64,000 nucleotides of DNA, taken from positions 172,867-236,866 of the forward strand of contig MU055016.1 of NCBI GenBank assembly GCA_013239625.1, given 5' to 3'. The position numbers were made by a program, and so were the translations under genes. The stretch comes from Lama guanicoe. Lineage: Eukaryota. The notes beneath the pieces are model-generated. The model made no database searches and was not told the origin of the DNA. It saw only the letters and a list, made by a program, of their open reading frames with translations. Of this stretch, positions 57,690 through 64,000 are shown in pieces. How positions within the stretch are numbered: position 1 is the stretch's first letter; the number at the start of each line of letters is the position of its first letter.

Positions 57690-58990
57690 GCGGCCAGCGC
57701 CCGGGAGACGGGGGTGGGGGTAGGGGGAAGGAAAGGACAGGACGGATTGAGTGCCCGCGGAAGGCGACGGCCGAGCCGGGGCGGCGCGGCTGGGGGCTGC
57801 GGGCGGACAGGAAGACCCCCGAATCGGGAGCCTGGGTGGGCAGTGGCGCTCCGACGGGGGCCTGTGGACTGGGGGCCGGTGGCGTCTGTCCCTTCCTGAC
57901 TTCTGTGCGGAGAGACGGCCCTGCTCCTCGAGAGCTAGACGTGGACGGAAACAAACTTCCCGGGCCGAACTGGAACCCGGAGCCCCGAGTGGCCGTAACA
58001 AGGTCACTCCCGGGCAGCCGCGAGGCGCGCACGCGCAGTCCGGCGGGCGGCCGGCGCGTGCGCAGCAGCCTTCCGCCCATCTCCCAAGCTTCGGGAGTCC
58101 AACGGCAGAATGGGAGGAACGCGCCTGCGCCAGGGCGCCGCTCGGGTTCTCGGCTCAGCCGTAGCCGTTCTCGGTGGGTGCACCTGCTGGCATCGGTCGT
58201 TCGAGACTGATTCTTCCCTAGGGTCTGATTGAAGAATCCCGACTCTTCTCACACCCTAAGAGGAGAAAAGACTGGGAGAAAGAGCAGGCGTAACCCAGGT
58301 AACGTCCTAGGGCGGTCCTCACTCGCCCGACCGGGCAGGTGGGCGAGGGGCGGGGCCAAGGGTGGGCGGTCAACGGCCGTACGCAGGCGGGGCGGGGCCA
58401 GGGGCGGGAGGAAGGGATGGAGAGGTGAAGGACAGGATACCGGTGGGGGCGGGGCCAAGGAGCGTGGCGGGGCGTCGCAAGCGCAGCTGCGAGGGGCGTG
58501 GCGGGCGGGCGTGGCGCGTGCTGACGTTGCAGCCGGACACGTCGGCGGCGCGGCGGCCGCGGCGGCCACGGCGACCGGAGCCGGATGTGCCAAGATGGCT
58601 GCTGCGGCTGCCTTGTCTGTTCTCGTCGCAACCACCGGGCAGTCTTCCGCCGGCGGCTCCTGAGGTGCTGGCGCCTGGGTTCGCGGAGGGGCCAGGCGGG
58701 AACCGGCGCGAGCCTCGGCCGCGGTGCGGCGCGCAGGTGAGGGCCGGGGTCGGGGCGGAGGGAGGCGGCCGGGCCGGGCCGGGCCCAGCCCCGAGCGGCC
58801 GGCGCGTCCCCGAGGTGCCCCAGGGGGGTCGGGCCGGGGCGCTGGGGGTCGGGCGGGGGCCTGCGGGTCCCGTGAGCCGGGCGAACACCTTTATTGGCCG
58901 CCCCGTCGGGCTGACGTGGTTCCACCTGTACGGCCTGTCGGGCTCAGCTGTGTTGATACTTGTGTCAGCCGTGGTCGCCTCGGTGTAGGG
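57690..58990 (+). promoter_or_regulatory. SEC16A: SEC16A CpG-island promoter
   Basis: CpG-dense; several GGGGCGGGGC boxes (58346-58456), NRF1-type GCGCNTGCGC (58054, 58121), YY1-type CAAGATGGC (58591). Confidence 0.85.
58570..58736 (+). other. SEC16A: SEC16A non-coding first exon (start approximate)
   Basis: Lies after the GC boxes and ends at the strong donor GCAG|GTGAGG (58737). Confidence 0.65.
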
Positions 58991-60599
58991 TTGTGTTGAA
59001 ATGGCTGAAGGAAGAGCCGGACCTGCAACTTTCTGAAGAGCAGAACCCTTTAGGGAATTTCTGTAGCAGTTTAGCGTCTCCTTTGCTTCGAGGGTTCTAA
59101 AGTTGTTTTGTGCTCATTGGTTGAAAGACTCGTACTGAGCCATGCTGGCGATGAGGTGGGTTTACGTGTGAACCAAGGAGCAGCGGTGTTGCTGTCTGTC
59201 GGTAATCTCCTGGCAAGGTGACCAGGATGTTGCAACGGAGGTCGAGTACTTGTATTTTATATCAAGGGGTAGAGTAATGTGTAAACCAGCTTGCCCTTTT
59301 TGTGATGAAAGTATTTCAGTAGAGCTTCTGGACATGACGCAGCCATTTAAAACCCGATTTTGCTTCTTTACTTAAAAAGTTTTAAATGGCTTGGAGGTTG
59401 AATGTGAGTTGCTTGTTAAGGTTTTGTTTTCAATATATATGACACAGATGTTAACTAGAGAGGTATTTCCCATCCCCAATACGGCAAGAAACAGTCACAG
59501 ATAGTTGTTCTTAGAGTGATACTTTGCAAGTTTCAGCACAACCAGCCTCCCTGCAGTTTTTTTTTTCCCCTGTGCCTTTTCATAGGGTTCTGGGTGCTGT
59601 TATCATACAAAGATACAGCAAGAGGCAAAAAATCACTTTATTGCTCCTTGTGACTTATTCACTGTTAATAGCTGTTACTACAGTAAGTCTCAAAATTGTA
59701 CTCAAAGTTTTCTTTAGAGTAGTGTGTAAAATTTAACATGGTTCCTTCTTGCTTCTGTAAACATCTTTCCTGAGTGTCAAGGTGTCCTTTTGGATCTTTG
59801 TCCTTTTTAGCAGTGTTTAGACACCCTCTTCTTCTTTTTTTTAAACATCTAAATGTGTTTGATTCTTTACTTAGAAAAGTTGGAGTTTATGGTGTTTTTG
59901 TGTCAAGTGTCCCATAGTCTGATAGGTATGTCACTCTAACAGTCACCGTGAGGGGGGATTGTGGGCAGAAGAGAGATTTCTTAGCACTCTCATTGGTTTA
60001 CATGCTTACACTTGAGGGGGCAGGTCTGGGAGGAGAGGAGTGTGCTTTAAGTATCAGTTCAGTAGCCAGGAATTTATATTGAAACAGTTTGCTTATTTCA
60101 CACAGATCCAAGGCAGTTTAATTGAAGAGCTAGGTTTATGAATAATGCATCTTTAGGAAGATCAGCTGGTTTCTTTGAAACAGTCTGCCTTTTTAAAAGT
60201 TAGATGACTTGAGGCTACAGAATGACTTACTGAACAGAATAAAATTCTCTATAGTCATGAGATAAATGATATGCAGTTGCATTGTTTTTCTGTTGGGGAA
60301 TAGAAAAAAGAATCAAAAGAGTAATGTTCATGTCACAAGGTTGTTCCAGATGAAATTGGTATATGGCTAAATGCTCTTGTCAGAGGGAGGGAAGGGGACA
60401 CTACTTTGTAGGGAAGTGATAGTGTTTGCTTAAAAAACGATTCTTAGCCTAGGAGTTGAAAATAATTTTAAGAAAGTTGCTATAAGGAAAACACTTAAAT
60501 ATAAATGCTTTGTGAAATTTATAGATTCTGATGAGATTTCCCTATTAAATAGCAAAAGGGAGGAGGGCATCCCAGAATCCACTGTGAATAGAATTTCAT

Positions 60600-60745
60600 A
60601 AGATTAAACCCAGAAAGGACTTTAGAAATCATCATTTCAATTCTCTCACTTTATAGATGAAGAAATTGGGCCACAGAAGGAGAAGTGGTGTGTCCAGGCC
60701 ATTCAGCTGGATGCCCAGACTTGCTCTCACAGTGACATCTGATGA
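60600..60745 (-). mobile_element. MIR fragment
   Basis: …ggactttagaaatcatc…tctcactttatagatgaagaaattgggccacagaagg…; similar MIR cores near 4950, 6650, 11140, 12530, 43930 and 53480. Confidence 0.55.
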
Positions 60746-62386
60746 ATAAATCCTCTAGGCCTGTGCTCCGTTTTTTTTTTTTTTCAACAGCCGAGAATGG
60801 TTGAGGGTCTTCTGCTGAAACCTTACAAAGAAGAAGTCTTGTCCTGTAAGATGTCCTGGGTGCCTCTGTTTCACAGAGAAGAGGAAGAGGCTCTTGCTGA
60901 TTCTACCCTCAGTCCACATAAAGCTGAGCTGCAAAGGTTCTTTGTTTTAAAATGACAGCTCAGAACCAAAGGAAGTCTCTGATGCTGTTCCTGATGTATT
61001 TAATCCCATTAAATCTGAGTGAGTTTCAAAGTGCTTGTCAGTCAGAAAGGGTTCCCTGTTGGCCTAGGGCAAGAGTGTGTGTGGGCAGTAACAGTAACTC
61101 ATTCGTAGGTTTATAGGACTGGTTTTCACATAGGAATAGGCACTTTGATTTATAAATAGCTTTACTTAATGTATGCTCTTATGTTTTCTCTCTTATCTGG
61201 ATATCAGAAAGATTTCTGAGGACAAAATCATTGTATATCTGCAAAAGTGTGTGGATGAAACTCTGGAGTCCTTCCATCAGTTCTCCTTCGGTGTTTACTT
61301 TTTTCTGTGATGGGCTCGACTCCTGTTCGTGAGGGTGGTGCTGGGCAGAAGGACTGACACATAGAGGGGGGCTTGGTAGAGTCAATGCTTGGATTTTTGT
61401 CTTAAAAGTGCAGGTTAACCATTCAAGGTTATACTTAGTGTGTTTTACTAACAAACAACAACAACAAACGCTGTAAGAGGATTTCTGCCCCTTTGTTTTC
61501 CTTAAAGTCTTTGTGGGCACTCTGCCTATTATTGACCATTTTTGAATCAAGTCAGTTGGTCAGTTTTAAAGCTGCTTTAGGATTACTTGGGATTTTCATT
61601 CCAAGCATAGTTGTTGCATCTCCAACAGTCAGAGGCAACTTGTTTTGCTAGTGATGTTCAACCAGTCACAAATGAGATATTTTACTTGGTGGGATAAAAG
61701 ACATTTTATCTAGATATATTTCATATATTTTGTAGCTTATTATTCTGTACTTTATAATACTCTTTAGTTAGTGGGAGGACCAAATTTTAAACTTTTGTTT
61801 TCCTTTCGAGATTTAGAATTAACCTGTATGACAAGTATGATATGCAGTCTTAACAGAGGAGTTGGCTCTTACTGGATGTGCTGATAATTTTTAGGAAAAT
61901 GTGGAGGAACTCTATACCTGGTGACTGGCAGTTAGGTTCTGCTTTGTCCCTGCCAGCTTGGTGAGGGCATCGTGGAGGCAGTGGGCATTCCACGTGGGTA
62001 CCTAGCTGGGTTATGGAACTGAATTTCAGAGAAGGGCAGCGACTTGTCTGAAGTCCCTCAGCTAGCTTGGGGCACAGCCAGCTTCTGTGTCCTGTCCCTG
62101 CAGTGTTCTCGCTCCAGGCCTCCCCCACCCCCGAACTCCCCAAAGCAGGAATGGCTCCTCAAGGACCACAGTCCTCCCGGGAATGGGAAGGAGAGATATA
62201 TCCCTTGGGACTTAAATCATTTTCAGTCTTTTTTTTTTCCCCTCCTAGTTTTCCTTATTGCAGCCATGACTTTGAATATATGGATCTTTTGCTAATTTTT
62301 GTTCTTTGTCTTTTTCAGTTCAAATTAAGGAAACCTATATCCTGCTTCTTTCTGTGAGCAGCGCCTGACTGTGCAGGAGATCAGTC

Positions 62387-64000
62387 ATGCAGCCGCCGCC
62401 CCAGGCGGTCCCGTCAGGCGTGGTCGGGCCACCTCCAGCTAGGAACCCTCAGGGCATGTTCTGGTCCAGCAGCCGGTATAGGAGACAGGCAAATAATAAC
62501 GCCCCGGTGGCCCCGGTCACTTGCCCACTGCAGCCGGTGACAGATCCTTTTGCTTTCAGTAGACAGGCGGTCCAGAATACGTCTTTGGACAGTTCGTCTA
62601 AAAGCAGCCCATCAGTTTTGCAAGGCCCGGCCCAACCGTCATTTCTTCAGCGTGCTGGTCTGCCTGTGCCCCACACAAATGCCGGGGATAGTTCCCGGGG
62701 GCCCTGCGAACCTCTGCCTGGACCTCTGTCGCAGCCCCGGGCAGATTCCAGCCCGTTTCCTGGCCTCTTGACGCCCTCAATGCCACCTGGGCCAGACAGG
62801 AGCAGGAGTACCGAGGTCACTCCCAGCTCCAACCCCGAAGTTCAGCCTCTGCTGTGTCCGCCTCAGTACATTCCAGGAGCGGGTCCTGACAGCTCTCACG
62901 GGGGCCGTCCTCAGGGGAGTGCGCCTCAGCCCGACAGACCGCTGAGTCTGCCAAGCCCACACGACGGTGCCGTGGTACCGGCAGCATCCCCTTTCTCCCT
63001 TCAGCTTCATCAGCAGATGCCAGGGCAGTGGGGGCCCGTGCAGGGAGGCCCACAACCCTCAGGTCAGCATTACTGGTCTGGTGCAGAAGGACCTGGTCAG
63101 AACACGATGCCCCATGCCTCCGGTGTTGCCCACTTTCCCACTCCGTCCAACCCGCATCAAGGTCCTGGCCACGAGCAACAGAGTCCCCTGGTGTCTTTAC
63201 CAGGACCCTTGGTCAGTGATGGAAGAAATGAGGCAGTCTGTCTGCAAAGTGGAAACCACTCGGCAAACAACTTGGACCCTGAGAACACATCCGCGCAGAA
63301 CTCCAGAGCTGGGACTGCTCGCGCAAGCCACGAGTTCAGGTCGAGTCCAGGAGTGAACAAGGAGCAGTTGCCAGACCTTGCTCTTGTCAATCCATTCACT
63401 CAGGGAAATAGCCCGGAAAGCCATTTGCACTACCCTCTGGGGGCTGGGGGCAACTGGACCGTGCCGGAAGTGGGCTCGGGAGCGCTCTCCATGTTTTTCC
63501 AAGGAGGAGAGACAGAGAATGAGGAGAACCTCTCATCTGAAAAAACAGGCTCTGCTGCTCAGTCCGACTCAGATGGTTTGTCCCCCAGCCTGGGACTCGG
63601 TCATCCTCCTGCCCATGTGGGAGCCAGAGGAACCTATCAGACCTTTCTCAGAGGTTCCAACAGCGAGACCATGCAGCAGGGAGAAGACATGCAGTCTTAT
63701 TTTACCCAGTCTGCAGGCTTCCAGCAGGATAAACCAGCCACTCAGAATGCTGCTCTTGACGTGTGGGGTGATGCAGCCAGCGCAGGGACTCATAACGCTG
63801 GCGGCTCCCAGTACGAGAATGTGGAAAACTTAGAGTTCATGCAGAATCAGGAAGTTCTTCCAAGTGAGCCCCAAAGTTTGGACCCTTCCTGCCCAGGCGA
63901 TCCGCTCAGATATGGACCCCTTCCCGGGCCAGCTGTCCCCAGACTCAGTGCTATGGGCCACACTGGAGGCGGGGGCCCAAATATCGAGGCCCCAGACGCA
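62387..64000 (+). CDS. SEC16A: SEC16A (ER exit-site/COPII scaffold) first coding exon, truncated by the window end
   Basis: Acceptor tttttcag at 62318; ATG 62387 reads MQPPPQAVPSGVVGPPPARNPQGMFW...CPLQPVTDPFAFSRQ; YENVENLEFMQNQEVLPSEP is in the same frame at 63812; NOTCH1-SEC16A is the known mammalian gene order. Confidence 0.96.
   Translation, partial: MQPPPQAVPSGVVGPPPARNPQGMFWSSSRYRRQANNNAPVAPVTCPLQPVTDPFAFSRQAVQNTSLDSSSKSSPSVLQGPAQPSFLQRAGLPVPHTNAGDSSRGPCEPLPGPLSQPRADSSPFPGLLTPSMPPGPDRSRSTEVTPSSNPEVQPLLCPPQYIPGAGPDSSHGGRPQGSAPQPDRPLSLPSPHDGAVVPAASPFSLQLHQQMPGQWGPVQGGPQPSGQHYWSGAEGPGQNTMPHASGVAHFPTPSNPHQGPGHEQQSPLVSLPGPLVSDGRNEAVCLQSGNHSANNLDPENTSAQNSRAGTARASHEFRSSPGVNKEQLPDLALVNPFTQGNSPESHLHYPLGAGGNWTVPEVGSGALSMFFQGGETENEENLSSEKTGSAAQSDSDGLSPSLGLGHPPAHVGARGTYQTFLRGSNSETMQQGEDMQSYFTQSAGFQQDKPATQNAALDVWGDAASAGTHNAGGSQYENVENLEFMQNQEVLPSEPQSLDPSCPGDPLRYGPLPGPAVPRLSAMGHTGGGGPNIEAPDA

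Noticed and set aside
58218-58988. Long ORFs on both strands over the SEC16A promoter (position of human C9orf163)
   Set aside because: Low-complexity Arg/Pro/Gly frames typical of CpG islands; no coding evidence.

Overview
GC-rich mammalian genomic DNA, probably a camelid, inferred from three tRNA-derived SINEs resembling the camelid Vic-1 family. It holds the complete coding region of NOTCH1 on the + strand: 34 coding exons from ATG 227 to TAA 46002, 7677 nt, about 2558 aa, all GT-AG introns, with part of exon 11 hidden by Ns. After the 3'UTR come about 10 kb of repeat-rich intergenic DNA (L1, MLT1/MLT2 LTRs, MER33, Tigger1, SINEs), then the SEC16A CpG-island promoter, its non-coding first exon and the start of its large first coding exon, which runs off the window. 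The most unusual element is in the last NOTCH1 intron. A 145-nt ungapped inverted copy (44306-44450; 136/145 identical, 49-bp perfect core) of the exon-34 segment encoding the PEST domain and FBXW7 degron (45754-45898) ends about 55 nt before the exon-34 acceptor. The pre-mRNA could therefore fold a long intron-exon duplex over the degron codons and over a cryptic splice donor, suggesting a possible built-in RNA-level control of Notch1 stability; function is untested. Also notable are a near-perfect 283/282-bp tandem duplication of a SOX/ETS/CSL-motif segment in intron 2 (real CNV or assembly artefact), loss of the EGF20 O-fucose consensus, and a strong-Kozak uORF plus a UPRE motif at SEC16A. 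Repeat family names and human comparisons come from recalled sequences, not from searches.
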